A DNA stretch of 64,000 nucleotides from Vulcanimicrobiota bacterium (GTDB lineage: Bacteria > Vulcanimicrobiota > Vulcanimicrobiia > Vulcanimicrobiales > Vulcanimicrobiaceae), in the NCBI GenBank assembly GCA_963733295.1, contig CAVTCS010000003.1, forward strand, positions 1,568,001 to 1,632,000, given 5' to 3'. The notes under the pieces are model-generated. The model was not told where the DNA came from. It searched no databases and saw only the letters and a program-made list of their open reading frames with translations. The position numbers and the translations under genes are program-made. Shown here piece after piece: positions 38,531 to 49,733 of this stretch (positions are counted from its first letter, which is position 1; each line of letters opens with the position of its first letter).

Positions 38531-39676
38531 TCAGGTGACTAGTCCGGCGTCGACGTAGACTTTGGCCGCCGGCACCATGCGGCGCATCGCATCTCCGGTC
38601 GCGACCAGCGTCGGCGCCACGTATTTCGTCAAATCGGCGGGGGGAAGTTCGACGTCGGCTTGCATCGGCTCGGGAACGCTCGTCGCGCGTGCCACGAGCG
38701 TCACCGCCGCGGCGTACTGATCGGGCCCAACCCCACTGAGATCGTAGGTGAAGGCCGCCGGAAACGCGTCGCGCGCGCGCAGGCCTTCGAGCGGCCGCGT
38801 GAAGGTCAGCAAGAAGGGGCCTTGTGCCATCGGCTTGGCGCACATCGAACTCGCGGCGTGCGAGCCCGCCGCGCAATACCGGTCGTGGAGGTAACGCGCC
38901 GTCTTGTAGTCGTACTCGGCCAACAGCGCATCGGTCGTGTCCGACGTCGCGGTGACCTGGTGGCTCGATCCGAGCACCGGTAAGAAAAAGATGTTATAGC
39001 CGAACGGATTGCCGAACACGCTCTGCTTGCCGCCGTTTGAGGCGACGCCGTACTTCGCGACGAGTGCGGCGACGAGCGCCCGGTTGCGCGGATCGGTTTT
39101 TCCGTTCCCGCCCAGCAAAACGTAGGTATACCGTCCGTAGTAGGGTTCGCCGCGCACGTGTTCCGGCTGGTGGGCGTTGTACGTCGCGAGCAGCGAGTCG
39201 TGTACGAGCGGCGGGATCGGCGCTGCGGGGAGAGCGGCGGCCTGCGGAGCGGCGGCGCTATGCGCTTGCGCCGGAGCGGCGGCAGGGTGCGTTTGCGCGG
39301 AACTTGCGACCTGCGGATGGGCGGCCGGTGGTATCGGAGCCATAGCCAAAATCGTCATGCTCAGCGCGGTGTCGGCGGCAATGTTCATCCCGATGAGGCT
39401 CTCGGACGAGTACCCGTTGCGCGAAGCGACGATCGTGTACGTGTCGAGCGGAACGCTGATCGAGACGTGTCCGTGCTTATCGGTGTGCGCCGCGAACGTG
39501 GTGCCGGCTCTACCGGTGAATACGATGCGGGCGCCCGCCACGGGCTGATTCTGACTGTCGAGAATCGTCGTCGAGACGGCGGCCGTGTTCGACGCAAGAG
39601 TGGCTGTCGGACCGGCGACGAGCGCTCCGAGCAAAACGAAAGCGCACGCGAAGTTTAGAAAGCGAAGCAGCCTCAT
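38531..39676 (-). CDS. Secreted protein with carboxypeptidase-regulatory-like domain, Pro/Ala linker and unknown C-terminal domain
   Basis: Signal peptide; D..NQPVAGARI, TD..G and YTIVAS..GY. Confidence 0.7.
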   Translation of the reverse strand: MRLLRFLNFACAFVLLGALVAGPTATLASNTAAVSTTILDSQNQPVAGARIVFTGRAGTTFAAHTDKHGHVSISVPLDTYTIVASRNGYSSESLIGMNIAADTALSMTILAMAPIPPAAHPQVASSAQTHPAAAPAQAHSAAAPQAAALPAAPIPPLVHDSLLATYNAHQPEHVRGEPYYGRYTYVLLGGNGKTDPRNRALVAALVAKYGVASNGGKQSVFGNPFGYNIFFLPVLGSSHQVTATSDTTDALLAEYDYKTARYLHDRYCAAGSHAASSMCAKPMAQGPFLLTFTRPLEGLRARDAFPAAFTYDLSGVGPDQYAAAVTLVARATSVPEPMQADVELPPADLTKYVAPTLVATGDAMRRMVPAAKVYVDAGLVT

Positions 39677-39791
39677 AACATCCTTGTTCGGCAGAAGCCC
39701 GGTTGAGGACGCAGAAGAACCTGCGTCACTAGCCGATCTTCACGCGAGCGCGCGCTTTTCTCTAGTGACCCAGCGCACGAAGTTTAGAACT

Positions 39792-40778
39792 TTAGCGGTT
39801 GACGGCCGACATGTCCGGGTAACGGTCGCCCGAAGCTGCGCCTTTGGGGGCCGCTTCTTCGATGCGGCGCAGCTGCCCGGCACTCAGCTTCAGGCTCGCC
39901 GCCGCGACGTTTTCCTCCAACCTGGCGACGCGGGAAGTACCCGGGATCGGAACGATCCCGTCCCCCTGAGCGAGCACCCAGGCGAGCGCGACTTGCGCCG
40001 GCGTGGCGCCGTCTTCAGCGGCGATTTCGCCGACCCGGTCGACGAGGGCCAGATTCTTCTCGAAATTGCCGTGCGCGAAGCGTGGCGCAAAACGCCGGAA
40101 GTCACCGGCTTCGAGCTGATCGAGCGAACGGATCTTGCCGCTGAGAAAACCCCGTCCGAGCGGACTGTACGCCACGAGCGTGATGCCGAGTTCGCGCAAT
40201 GCTGCGACGACGCCGCTGTCTTCGATGTCGCGACTAAAAAGCGAATACTCGCTTTGAACCGCAGCGATCGCGTGAACTTTCAGTGCCCGGCGAATCGTGC
40301 TAACCGACGCCTCGGAGAGCCCGATGTGACGGATCTTACCGGCCGCAACCTGTTCCGCGAGCGCGCCCACCGTCTCTTCGATCGGAGTGTCTTTGTCGAC
40401 GCGATGCTGATAGTACAAATCGACGTAGTCGACGCCCAAACGTTTGAGCGACGCATCGAGCGAGCGGCGCAGGTAGTCCGGCTTCCCGTTATATCCGCGG
40501 GCCATCGGGTCGGCAGGGTCACGCACGATTCCGAATTTCGTGCACAGAAAAACGCGCTCGCGCTTTCCGGCGATCGCCCGGCCCACGAGCTCTTCGTTCG
40601 TGTACGGACCATAGATGTCGGCCGTATCGATGAGGGTGACGCCGAGTTCCAGGGCACGGTGAATCGTCCGTATCGATTCCGCCTCGTCGGTGCTGCCGTA
40701 GAACTCCGACATGCCCATGGTCCCGAGGCCGATTTCACCGACGAGCGGGCCGTTACGGCCGATGTGACGCTGCTGCAT
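39792..40778 (-). CDS. Aldo/keto reductase
   Basis: GLG.MGM, DTADIYG, DLYYQHR, GLSE and YSPLGRG motifs. Confidence 0.95.
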   Translation of the reverse strand: MQQRHIGRNGPLVGEIGLGTMGMSEFYGSTDEAESIRTIHRALELGVTLIDTADIYGPYTNEELVGRAIAGKRERVFLCTKFGIVRDPADPMARGYNGKPDYLRRSLDASLKRLGVDYVDLYYQHRVDKDTPIEETVGALAEQVAAGKIRHIGLSEASVSTIRRALKVHAIAAVQSEYSLFSRDIEDSGVVAALRELGITLVAYSPLGRGFLSGKIRSLDQLEAGDFRRFAPRFAHGNFEKNLALVDRVGEIAAEDGATPAQVALAWVLAQGDGIVPIPGTSRVARLEENVAAASLKLSAGQLRRIEEAAPKGAASGDRYPDMSAVNR

Positions 40779-40791
40779 ACGAGATCCAGGA

Positions 40792-42021
40792 CTACGCCCG
40801 GATCAGTTTTGTTTCAGTGCTCCGGCGGCGGCGTTCGCTCGAGATCGCCCAGACCAGCGCGACCAGCAAGAAGTTGGCCACGAGCGAACTGCCCCCGTAC
40901 GACACGAACGGCAGCGTGATTCCCGTGAGCGGAAAGAGCGCCAGCACGCCGCCCACGATGATGAACGTTTGGAAACCGAGAGTAGCCGCCAGGCCGGTCG
41001 CGAGCAGCTTTGCGTAAATGTCGGGTTGCGCTTGGGCGGTCTGCAGCGCTCGCACGACGAGCACGAAGAACAGCGCCACCAGCATCGCGCCGCCGAGCGC
41101 CCCGAACTCTTCGCTCCAGGCGGCGAACACGTAGTCGGTGCCGACCGCCGGAATGAACCCCGGGTGGCCGAGTCCGTAGCCGGTTCCGAAGAGGCCGCCC
41201 GCTGCCAGCGAAAACAAGGCTTGCAGCGCTTGGTAGCCGTGACCCAGCGGATCGGCGAACGGATCGCGCCAGGCTTGGAAGCGCGCCACGACGTACGGAT
41301 AGTGCCGGCTCGCCCACCACACGGCGACAGCGAAGATCGCGGCGCCGCCGGCGATCAAGTCGACGCGTCGCGTAGCGACGTAGAGCATCGATGCGAAAGT
41401 TGCGAGCAAAAGGCTCGCCATGCCGATGTCGCGCTCGAAGACGAGGATTGCCATCGAAGCGCCCCAGCCGAGAATGAGCGGCCCGAGGTACTTCGCGTTC
41501 GCGCGCAGCGACCAGGGCTTGGCGGCGGCGAGCACGTCGGCCGTCTCCGCTAGATAGGCCGCCATGAACAGGACGATGAGCAGCTTGATGATCTCGACGG
41601 GCTCGTATTGAATCGGCCCGATGCGAATCCAGAGCTTCGCACCGTTGACTTCTTGTCCGAACACGGCGACGAGCGCAAACAAAACGACCGAACCCAGGAC
41701 CCAAATGTATTTGAAAGCCGCGAAACGCCGGAAGTTGGCGAAGAGCGGGCCGGCGAGGATGGCCAGACCGAGCGAAATTCCCAGCCAAATTTCCTGTCGG
41801 TGCGCGAGTTCGCTCGAGAGTCGCGCGATCGTGGTGAGTCCGAGCGCCGCCAGCAATACCGCGAGCGCCGGCAAGACGTCGTCGCGCCGTTCGCCCACCG
41901 GCGCGAGCGCTACCCAGGCGAGCGCGCCCAGCGCGAGCGCGACGAGCGCCCAAGGCGGTCCGATCGACCCCGCCGGCGGCAGGCGCAACGCGAAGCCGCC
42001 GATCGTCAGCGCCAACGCCAT
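40792..42021 (-). CDS. FtsW/RodA/SpoVE (SEDS) family protein; frame extends to a CTG at 42069
   Basis: [37 protein letters not shown] motifs. Confidence 0.92.
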   Translation of the reverse strand: MALALTIGGFALRLPPAGSIGPPWALVALALGALAWVALAPVGERRDDVLPALAVLLAALGLTTIARLSSELAHRQEIWLGISLGLAILAGPLFANFRRFAAFKYIWVLGSVVLFALVAVFGQEVNGAKLWIRIGPIQYEPVEIIKLLIVLFMAAYLAETADVLAAAKPWSLRANAKYLGPLILGWGASMAILVFERDIGMASLLLATFASMLYVATRRVDLIAGGAAIFAVAVWWASRHYPYVVARFQAWRDPFADPLGHGYQALQALFSLAAGGLFGTGYGLGHPGFIPAVGTDYVFAAWSEEFGALGGAMLVALFFVLVVRALQTAQAQPDIYAKLLATGLAATLGFQTFIIVGGVLALFPLTGITLPFVSYGGSSLVANFLLVALVWAISSERRRRSTETKLIRA

Positions 42022-42065
42022 CGGCCAAATCCGGTGGAACAGCGCGAGCGGACGTTGCGCGAAGG

Positions 42066-42953
42066 TCAGTGCGTAAGCGGTCCGGAGCGCAGTACGAAGT
42101 AGCCGAACGAGAGCAGTGCCGCAAGCATCAGTGCGATCGAAATGATGGCGCGGACGGCCCGGTCGAGGCCATTGGCTCCGGAGACGATCGGCGAGTTGGC
42201 GACGAGCAATTCGCGCCCGACGATCAGCGTGCAGTTGTCCGTATTTCCGCGCGCTTTCGCGGTTGCGAGCAGACGTGCGACGGCGTCGGACGGCGTCGCC
42301 GTGCTCAGCAAAGCATCGCCGATGTCGTCTGCGTCGACGGAACGGTGAATTCCGTCGGTGCAGAGCACGAGCTGATCGCCGGCGAGCAATTCGACGTGCG
42401 CGATGCTGGCTTCGAGTTTCGCCTGCGTTCCGAGGCTACGCCACAGCAGGCCGCGCATGCGCGGCTTGGCCGGCAGCGAGCTCTTGGCGCTGGGGACCGC
42501 GGCGTCGGCGAACATCGCGTCGTCGGCCGTCAACGTCTCGAGGTGACCGAGCCGCAGCAGGTAAGCGCGCGCATCGCCGACGTGGGCGATGAACGCGTGG
42601 TGACCGACGATGAGCACCGCCGTCAGCGAAGCTCCGCTCCCGACGAAATCTTCGTGGCTGCCGCTCTGCGCGAAGAGCCGGGCGTTGGCGTGATCGAGCG
42701 CGGCGAGCAGCAAGGCGCGCACGCTTCCCGGGGAGCCGGCGCGCGCTCCGAAGGCGCCCAGGCGCTGGCGGCGGCGCAGGTAGTCGCGCACGGTCGAAAG
42801 CGCGAGCGAGGCCGTCGGCACGCTGCGCGCGACCTCGCCGAAACCGTCGGCGATGCCGAAGAACGTCACGCCCGGCGCGATCGCTTCGGTAAGGTGCGCG
42901 TCGCTTTGATGTTTTTGCCAGAGGCCGACTTCGGAACCGACCGCTACTTCCAC
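42066..42953 (-). CDS. PP2C-family Ser/Thr phosphatase-like protein with C-terminal transmembrane helix
   Basis: IADG.G, AHVGD.RAY, LCTDG and DN.T motifs. Confidence 0.85.
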   Translation of the reverse strand: MEVAVGSEVGLWQKHQSDAHLTEAIAPGVTFFGIADGFGEVARSVPTASLALSTVRDYLRRRQRLGAFGARAGSPGSVRALLLAALDHANARLFAQSGSHEDFVGSGASLTAVLIVGHHAFIAHVGDARAYLLRLGHLETLTADDAMFADAAVPSAKSSLPAKPRMRGLLWRSLGTQAKLEASIAHVELLAGDQLVLCTDGIHRSVDADDIGDALLSTATPSDAVARLLATAKARGNTDNCTLIVGRELLVANSPIVSGANGLDRAVRAIISIALMLAALLSFGYFVLRSGPLTH

Positions 42954-43369
42954 GGACCGACTCCGCAGAAGGTGATGCGCGTCGTTCCGACGTCGATCTC
43001 GTCGCCGTCGCGCAAACCGGCCGCACCGTCGAGAGGCCGTGCGTTCACCAGCGTCCCGTTGCGACTGTCGAGGTCGCGGATGCTAAGGGCACCGTCCATC
43101 AGGTCGATTCGTGCGTGCAAACGGCTCACTCGCGCGTCGGGGATGACCAGCGTAGCCGACGGTGCTCTCCCGATCGTGATCGGCACCGGAGCGCGCACCG
43201 TCCGCGTCCGGCCCTCTTCCTCCACGCGAAGCACAACCGCCTGCATCGCGGTCATCGCATCGTCGCGCACGCGCCGCCTTCGCCAGATCGGCAGGGCGAG
43301 CAGCGCGAAGAGCGCCCCGGCGCAGACGAGTTCGAAGCTTTCCAAGCGGGCTGCGGCAGCGGGGATCAC
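42944..43369 (-). CDS. Membrane-anchored FHA-domain protein (FhaB/FipA-like)
   Basis: N-terminal hydrophobic helix; IGR, VSRLHA and DLDS.NGT. Confidence 0.9.
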   Translation of the reverse strand: MIPAAAARLESFELVCAGALFALLALPIWRRRRVRDDAMTAMQAVVLRVEEEGRTRTVRAPVPITIGRAPSATLVIPDARVSRLHARIDLMDGALSIRDLDSRNGTLVNARPLDGAAGLRDGDEIDVGTTRITFCGVGPWK

Positions 43370-44022
43370 GTGCCGGCGGCTTCGTCGGCTTCGACTGCCA
43401 GTTCGCTGTCACCCAACTCGAGAAGGTCGCCGCAGTGCAGCTCGCCTTCGCTCCGTCGCTCTCCGTTTAGCAGCGTGCCGTTGGACGAGCCGAGGTCGCG
43501 AAAGCGCACGCCCTCGCCGGACTCGACGATCTCGAGATGGCGGCGCGACACGCGCCGGTCTGCCAGAATCAGACCGGCCCCCGCCTCGCGCCCGACGACA
43601 AGCGTGCCGCGCAGCGGAAGCCGGGCGCCCGGCGGGACGCCTCTGCGCACGCGCAAGGCGAGTCGCACGGGCTCGGGCAGGACCTCGACCGCGATCGCCG
43701 CGGTTCCCGCGGGTACCGACGAATCGCCGATCATCGTGACCGCGGGCGGAGCCTGGGGGAGATGCGAGCGTTCGGCCAAGCGGGTCAACATCTCGCTCCA
43801 GCGGCGCTCGAGATACTCGCGGTCGGCAGCGAAGCGGGCGAAGTCGGCCGGATTCAACCGAACGCCAAAGCGCCGCTGCCCGCGGCCGGAGGAACCGGCT
43901 TCGAACGAGGCGACAAGCTTGCGGGCGATCTGCACCGGTTCGATCGCGCTCGGGAATGCGACGGCAAACGCACGCTCGACGGCGTTCGCACAAATGGTCT
44001 CGACCCGGACGAAGAAACTCAC
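43366..44022 (-). CDS. FhaA-like protein (DUF3662-like N-terminus plus FHA domain)
   Basis: GTGA overlap with rsmB; IEPVQIARKL, VGR, VSRRH and DLGSSNGT. Confidence 0.85.
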   Translation of the reverse strand: MSFFVRVETICANAVERAFAVAFPSAIEPVQIARKLVASFEAGSSGRGQRRFGVRLNPADFARFAADREYLERRWSEMLTRLAERSHLPQAPPAVTMIGDSSVPAGTAAIAVEVLPEPVRLALRVRRGVPPGARLPLRGTLVVGREAGAGLILADRRVSRRHLEIVESGEGVRFRDLGSSNGTLLNGERRSEGELHCGDLLELGDSELAVEADEAAGT

Positions 44023-45362
44023 GGCTCGCGGACGAGCAGCGCGACGAAAAAGCCGTCGCGGCCGGCTATGCCCGGCGCGACGGCGACGTCGCCCGAGGCG
44101 GTGCGGAACTCGGCATAGCGTTCGGGTAGCGCGGCGCGCCGGAACGCCGGTTCGGCGCTGAGGAACTCCTCGATCTGGAGCGGTCCTTCGCGCGGATCGG
44201 TCGTGCAAACGCTGTACGCCAAGCGCGCGCCGGGTTTCGTTCGCGCGACCGCCGCGCGAAGCAAACCGTGCTGCAACCCCGCGAGACGCGCCGCGTCGCC
44301 GGGACTCTTGCGCCAGCGCGCTTCGGGATGACGCCCCAGCACGCCGAGGCTCGAGCAAGGCGCGTCGAGCAGAACCGCGTCGGCGCGAAGTTCCGCTGCG
44401 GCATCGCGCGCGTCGCCTTCGACGATCGCGGCGTTCGTGACCCCCGCGCGTTCGAGCGTCGCACCCAAAGCGCGCGCCTTGCGCGGTTCGCTTTCAACGC
44501 ACACCAGACTCCCTTCGCCGCGCATCCGGGCCGCGATTTGCGCGCTCTTGTGCCCGCGGCCGCTGCACAAATCGAGCACCGTTTCGCCGGGTTTGGGATC
44601 GAGCAAATCGACCGGCAAACACGCGCTCTCGCCTTGCACGAGCCAGCGCTCGCCGGGGTCGTCGGCGATCGCGTCCCCTTCGACGATCAGCGTCTCCGGA
44701 ACGAAGGGCGAAACGCGCACCTTCGCGCCGCGCTCCTCGAGAATTCGCGCGACGTCCGCGACCTCGGCGCGCAAGGTGTTGACGCGCACCGCGCGTTGCG
44801 CGGGCGCGTTGATTCCTGCGAGCACCGCCCGGCACGCGCCGTCGAACTGCTCCGACCAAGCCGCGGCGATCCAGCTCGGCACCGAATACGCGGTTCCCAG
44901 GTAATCGGCTTCGCGTTCGAAATCGCTCGGATCGGGAACCGCGGGCGAGTCGGCGATGAAGCGGCGCAGAACCGCGTTGACGAGACCGGCGGTGCCTTTG
45001 TGGCCGTGACGCAGTGCGAGATTGACCGTTTCGAAGACCGCCGCGTGATCTTCGACGCCGGCCATGAAACGAAGCTGATAGACGCCCAGACGCAGGATCT
45101 CGAGGATCGCCGGCGGCAACGTCCGCCCGCGTCCGTCGAGGTACGGCGCCAAGTACCAGTCGAGCAGGCGGCGGCCCTTGATCGCGCCGTACGCGAGTTC
45201 GGCGGCAAATGCGCGATCGCGCGCGTCGACTCCCGAGCGGCGCGCACGTACGTCGAAGGCCGCTTGCGCGCCGCGCGCTTCGGGACCGAAGACGTCGCGA
45301 ACGACCACAAGCGCGAGCTCGCGCGCGTTCTGCCGAGTCGCCGTCGCAGCGCCTGCGCTCAT
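44019..45362 (-). CDS. rsmB: 16S rRNA m5C967 methyltransferase (Sun/RsmB)
   Basis: NusB-like N-terminal domain (ILRLGVYQL, VNAVLR), LLDAPCS and YSVCT motifs. Confidence 0.92.
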   Translation of the reverse strand: MSAGAATATRQNARELALVVVRDVFGPEARGAQAAFDVRARRSGVDARDRAFAAELAYGAIKGRRLLDWYLAPYLDGRGRTLPPAILEILRLGVYQLRFMAGVEDHAAVFETVNLALRHGHKGTAGLVNAVLRRFIADSPAVPDPSDFEREADYLGTAYSVPSWIAAAWSEQFDGACRAVLAGINAPAQRAVRVNTLRAEVADVARILEERGAKVRVSPFVPETLIVEGDAIADDPGERWLVQGESACLPVDLLDPKPGETVLDLCSGRGHKSAQIAARMRGEGSLVCVESEPRKARALGATLERAGVTNAAIVEGDARDAAAELRADAVLLDAPCSSLGVLGRHPEARWRKSPGDAARLAGLQHGLLRAAVARTKPGARLAYSVCTTDPREGPLQIEEFLSAEPAFRRAALPERYAEFRTASGDVAVAPGIAGRDGFFVALLVREP

Positions 45363-46285
45363 GCCGTCAAACGCGCCCGGACGAAGCGCGCGCCGTCCAT
45401 CGCGTCGCGGTTCGGCGGCACGAGACGTTCGACCGCGACGATGCCGTCCCCGCAACAGACGAGCGCCGCGGTCCCGTGCAGGCCGGCCAGTTCGCCGGCC
45501 TGCGCGCCGGCAGGCCGAGGCAGACCGGCCGGAGCGACGCTGAGCAGCTTGACGCGTTCGCCTGCGAGTTCCGCGCGCGCCGCCGGGAGCGGCGCGAGCG
45601 AACGCACGTGGTTTACGATGCGCACCGCGTTCCAATTCCAATCCAGAACGAGATCCTCTTTCGAAAGCGGGCGCGTCGCCGTTTCCGCGATCGCCGCGGC
45701 CGGAGCGAGACCGGCTTGCGGAATGCGCTGCAACGTTCCCGCCGCCGCTTGCGCCACCGCCTTCGCGAGCATTTCGGCGCCGAGCCGAGCGAATCGATCG
45801 TGGAGTTCGCCGTAATTCTCGCGCGGACCGATCTCACTGCGCTCCTGTAAGACGATGTCGCCTGTGTCCATCCCGGCATCCATCATGATGATCGTAACGC
45901 CGCCGCTGGAGATTCCGTCGCGCAGCTGAGCTTGCAGCGGCGTCGCGCCGCGGTAACGCGGTAGCAGACTGGGATGCACGTTGAGCGCGCCCAGCCTCGG
46001 CAACCCCAAAATCGCGGCGGACAAGATCTTTCCGTACGAGGCGACCGCGAACAGGTCGGCGGCGACGCCGGCCAGGCGCGGCATCGCATCGCGCATGCGC
46101 TCGGTCGCGTAGACTTCGAGGCCGAGCGCTTCGGCCGCGCGTTTGACCGGCGCCGGCAAAAGGCGCATCCCGCGGCCTGCGGGACGGTCGGGCTGGGTCA
46201 CGACGAGCACGCACTCGAGCGCCGACGCGAACGCGTGCAGGGCCGGAATCGCAAAGTCGCTCGTGCCGAAAAAAACGCCGCGCAG
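45359..46285 (-). CDS. fmt: Methionyl-tRNA formyltransferase (apparent CTG start)
   Basis: FFGTSDFA, VTQPDRP.GRG, NVH.SLLP.YRGA.P and MDAGMDTG motifs. Confidence 0.92.
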   Translation of the reverse strand: MRGVFFGTSDFAIPALHAFASALECVLVVTQPDRPAGRGMRLLPAPVKRAAEALGLEVYATERMRDAMPRLAGVAADLFAVASYGKILSAAILGLPRLGALNVHPSLLPRYRGATPLQAQLRDGISSGGVTIIMMDAGMDTGDIVLQERSEIGPRENYGELHDRFARLGAEMLAKAVAQAAAGTLQRIPQAGLAPAAAIAETATRPLSKEDLVLDWNWNAVRIVNHVRSLAPLPAARAELAGERVKLLSVAPAGLPRPAGAQAGELAGLHGTAALVCCGDGIVAVERLVPPNRDAMDGARFVRARLTA

Positions 46286-46295
46286 CGGGACGCGT

Positions 46296-46832
46296 TCAGG
46301 CGGAAACGGCTTCGGCCTCGGATTCGAGCAGTGCGGTCTTCTCTTCGTCCGTGACGGCCGGGCGCACGTTTTGCGCCTTGTCGACGTAGAGCACGCCGTC
46401 GAGGTGATCCATCTCGTGCTGCAAACAGCGTCCGAACAGTTCGCTGCCCTCGACTTCAAAACGCTTCCCGTTGCGATCGAGCGCCGAGCACACGACGCGC
46501 TCGTAGCGCGTCAGATCGCCGATCATTCCCGGAATCGAGAGGCAGCCCTCGATCGAGGCGATCTCGCCCTCGACCGTCGTAAACTTCGGATTGATGAAGA
46601 CGAGCGGGCCGTGCTCTTCTTTGTCGTCGCCCAGATCGACGACGAAGATGCGCTTTCCGACGTTGATCTGCGGCGCCGCGAGGCCGATGCCGGGCGCCTC
46701 GTACATCGTCTCGAACATGTCGTCGATCAACTGCTGGAACAAGGGGTCGGCGATTTGGGCCGCAGCGACGCGCTTGGAGACCTTGCGCAGCGTCGGGTGG
46801 CCGTCTTTGATAATCTCGCGGATGTAAGGCAC
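46296..46832 (-). CDS. def: Peptide deformylase (GTG 46832; alternative ATG 46841)
   Basis: GIGLAAPQ, EGCLS and QHEMDHLDG motifs. Confidence 0.96.
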   Translation of the reverse strand: MPYIREIIKDGHPTLRKVSKRVAAAQIADPLFQQLIDDMFETMYEAPGIGLAAPQINVGKRIFVVDLGDDKEEHGPLVFINPKFTTVEGEIASIEGCLSIPGMIGDLTRYERVVCSALDRNGKRFEVEGSELFGRCLQHEMDHLDGVLYVDKAQNVRPAVTDEEKTALLESEAEAVSA

Positions 46833-46923
46833 GACACCCATTATAAACCAAGCCTCCAAGCGGGCGCTGCGCCCTCGGTCGGGGGTCTGGGCGCGGCCGC
46901 CGGCCGGCGGCCCTAGCACCCTG

Positions 46924-48363
46924 CTAAAGGATGTACGTGCTGAGGTTGGCGTCCCGCACGATGTCGGCTAGCTTGGAGCGGACGTACTCGGCGTCGATCC
47001 GGACCGTGCCTGCGTCCTCGGGCGCCGCGTAGGAGACGTCTTCGAGCAGCCGTTCCAAGACCGTGTGCAAACGGCGCGCGCCGATGTTTTCGGACTGGTC
47101 GTTGACCTGCATCGCATAGGCCGCCAGCTGCGCGACGCCGTCGGGAAGGAATTCGATCGTCACGCCCTCGACCGCGAGCAGCTGACGATACTGCTCGGTG
47201 AGAGCGTTGCGCGGTTGCGTGAGGATCGTCTTGAAATCTTCCGCCGTCAGGGAGTCGAGCTCGACGCGAATCGGAAAGCGGCCTTGCAATTCGGGAATGA
47301 GATCCGAGGGCTTGCTAATGTGAAAGGCGCCCGCCGCGATGAACAGGATGTGATCGGTTTTGATCGAGCCGTACTTCGTCGCAACGGTGCTACCTTCGAC
47401 GATCGGCAAGATGTCGCGCTGCACGCCCTCGCGCGAGATATCGGGACCGCGTCCGCCTTCGCGGCCGGCGACCTTGTCGATCTCGTCGATGAAGATGATC
47501 CCGTTGTCGCCGGCACGCCGCAGCGCCTCGCGCTTGACGGCATCCATGTCGATCAGTTTTCCGGCTTCCTCCTGCGCGAAGACGCGACGCGCGTCGGCAA
47601 CCGTCATGCGCTTGCGAGTCTTCTTCTTCGGCAGAAGTCCGCCGAGCATCTCGCCGACGTCGGCGCCGCCGCCCATCGAGGGGTCCATCCCGCCGAGGAC
47701 GCCGATCGGAAGCTGCGGCGTCTCTTCGATTTCGACGTCGAGGAGCCGCACGTCGTAAAAGCCGCGCAGAACGTCGGCCCGCGCCTGCTCGCGGATCCTG
47801 CGCGCATCCTCGCCCGTCGCCGTCGCCGCAGCTTGGGGTTGCGCCGGCTGTTGCGCCGGCTGCGCGAACGTATTACCGAAGATCGAGCCGAGCGTGGAAG
47901 CAAACGAGGTCATCGGTTGCGACGGCAAGTGCGTCTGCGTTTCGGGGAACAGGAGATCGATGATGCGCTCGACCGCGGCCGCGTCGGCGGCCTGCTCCAC
48001 CTCGGCGCGCCGCTCGTCTTGTACGACGCGGATCGCGGCTTCGACCAGATCCCGCACCATCGACTCGACGTCGCGCCCGACGTAACCGACCTCGGTATAC
48101 TTGGTCGCTTCGACCTTCACGAACGGCGCGCCGGCGAGCGTTGCCAAACGCCGCGCGATCTCGGTCTTTCCGACGCCGGTCGGACCGATCATCAAGATAT
48201 TCTTCGGAATCACTTCGCCGCGCATCTCACCCGCAAGCTGCTCGCGCCGGTAGCGGTTTCGCATTGCAATCGCGACCGCGCGCTTGGCCTTCGCCTGCCC
48301 GACGATGTAGCGATCGAGTTCGGCCACGATCTGGCGAGGCGTCAGTTCGCGCGCGGCGGTCAT
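46924..48363 (-). CDS. hslU: ATP-dependent protease ATPase subunit HslU
   Basis: [27 protein letters not shown] and ENIGARRL motifs. Confidence 0.97.
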   Translation of the reverse strand: MTAARELTPRQIVAELDRYIVGQAKAKRAVAIAMRNRYRREQLAGEMRGEVIPKNILMIGPTGVGKTEIARRLATLAGAPFVKVEATKYTEVGYVGRDVESMVRDLVEAAIRVVQDERRAEVEQAADAAAVERIIDLLFPETQTHLPSQPMTSFASTLGSIFGNTFAQPAQQPAQPQAAATATGEDARRIREQARADVLRGFYDVRLLDVEIEETPQLPIGVLGGMDPSMGGGADVGEMLGGLLPKKKTRKRMTVADARRVFAQEEAGKLIDMDAVKREALRRAGDNGIIFIDEIDKVAGREGGRGPDISREGVQRDILPIVEGSTVATKYGSIKTDHILFIAAGAFHISKPSDLIPELQGRFPIRVELDSLTAEDFKTILTQPRNALTEQYRQLLAVEGVTIEFLPDGVAQLAAYAMQVNDQSENIGARRLHTVLERLLEDVSYAAPEDAGTVRIDAEYVRSKLADIVRDANLSTYIL

Positions 48364-49733
48364 TGCGCGCACTCCGCGAGTTCGTCGTAGAGGTATGTCA
48401 TCGTCTCGATTCCACCGAAGAATTGGTCGAGCGAAAAGCGCTCGTTCGGCGCGTGAATCCGGTCGCTCGGCAAACCGACGCCGATCAGCACCTGAGGCAG
48501 GTGCAAGATGCGGTCGAAACTCGAGACCGGCCCGATCGTGCCGCCCGTCCCGATGAAGACCGGCGCTTTGCCGAAACCTCGCTCCATCGCGCGCGCGGCA
48601 GCCGCCACGGCGGGATGATCGCGCGAAGTACTCACGGCCCGCACGTCACCGTCCTCTGCGATCTCGACGCGAACTCCGGCCGGTGCGACGCGCTCGAGGT
48701 GCGCGCGCACCGCCGCTTTGACCTGAGCGGGGCTCTGTCCCGCGACGAGCCGCGCCGAAAGTTTGAGCGTGGCGAAGCTGGGCACGATCGTCTTCGCACC
48801 CGGGCCCTGATAACCGCCGTAGATACCGTTGCACTCGAGCGTGGGCCGGAGCCACATCCGTTCGAGCGGCAAGTAACCGCGTTCGCCGCCGAACAGCGCC
48901 GCCACGCCGAGCTCGCGAGCTTCTTGCTCGCCGTCGAACGGAAGCGAGGAGATCTCGCCGTGCTCGCCGGGCGTGGGCTCGCTCACGCCGTCGTAGAAAC
49001 CGGCAACCGCGACGCGGCCGCTCTCCTCGCGCAACGTGGCGATCATACGCGCCAGAGCCTCGATCGGGTTGACGACGAGCCCGCCAAAATAGCCCGAATG
49101 GAGATCGCTCGACGGACCATACACCGTAACTTCCCAGTGCACGAGCCCGCGTAACGAGACGGTCAGCGAGGGCACGTCCTCCGCGAAGACCGCGGTGTCG
49201 GAGACGACGACGACGTCGCACGCCAGCCGCTCGCGCTCGCGTGCCAGAAAAGCCTCGAAGCTGGGCGAACCGATCTCTTCCTCACCCTCGACGACGACTT
49301 TGACGTTGAGCGGCAACGAGCCGCGAACACGCAAGTGAGCTTCGAGCGCTGCCAGGTGCATCAGCACCTGCCCCTTGTCGTCGACGCTCCCGCGACCGTA
49401 GACGCTGCCGTCGCGGACCGTGGCGACGAAGGGCGGCGATTGCCAAAGCTCGAGCGGGTCCTCGGGCTGAACGTCGTGATGGCCGTAGATGAGCATCGTC
49501 GGCGCTCCCGGCGCGTGCAGCCACGAACCATACGCAATCGGAAGACCGTCCGTTTCGAGGACCTCCGCTTCGGTGAGCCCTGCGGCGCGCATGCGCGCGA
49601 CGACCGCTTCGGCCGAGCGGCGTACCTCCGGATGACGAGCCGGGTCGGCGGAGACCGAAGGACACGCGACCCACGCTCCGAGTTCCGCGAGATACCGGTC
49701 GCGATTCGCGCGAACGAAATCGACGATTTCCAC
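48360..49733 (-). CDS. M20-family dipeptidase (Dug1/CNDP-like)
   Basis: YGH.DVQP, GRG..DDKG, EGEEE.GS, DLHSG and HAPNE motifs. Confidence 0.92.
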   Translation of the reverse strand: MEIVDFVRANRDRYLAELGAWVACPSVSADPARHPEVRRSAEAVVARMRAAGLTEAEVLETDGLPIAYGSWLHAPGAPTMLIYGHHDVQPEDPLELWQSPPFVATVRDGSVYGRGSVDDKGQVLMHLAALEAHLRVRGSLPLNVKVVVEGEEEIGSPSFEAFLARERERLACDVVVVSDTAVFAEDVPSLTVSLRGLVHWEVTVYGPSSDLHSGYFGGLVVNPIEALARMIATLREESGRVAVAGFYDGVSEPTPGEHGEISSLPFDGEQEARELGVAALFGGERGYLPLERMWLRPTLECNGIYGGYQGPGAKTIVPSFATLKLSARLVAGQSPAQVKAAVRAHLERVAPAGVRVEIAEDGDVRAVSTSRDHPAVAAAARAMERGFGKAPVFIGTGGTIGPVSSFDRILHLPQVLIGVGLPSDRIHAPNERFSLDQFFGGIETMTYLYDELAECAQ

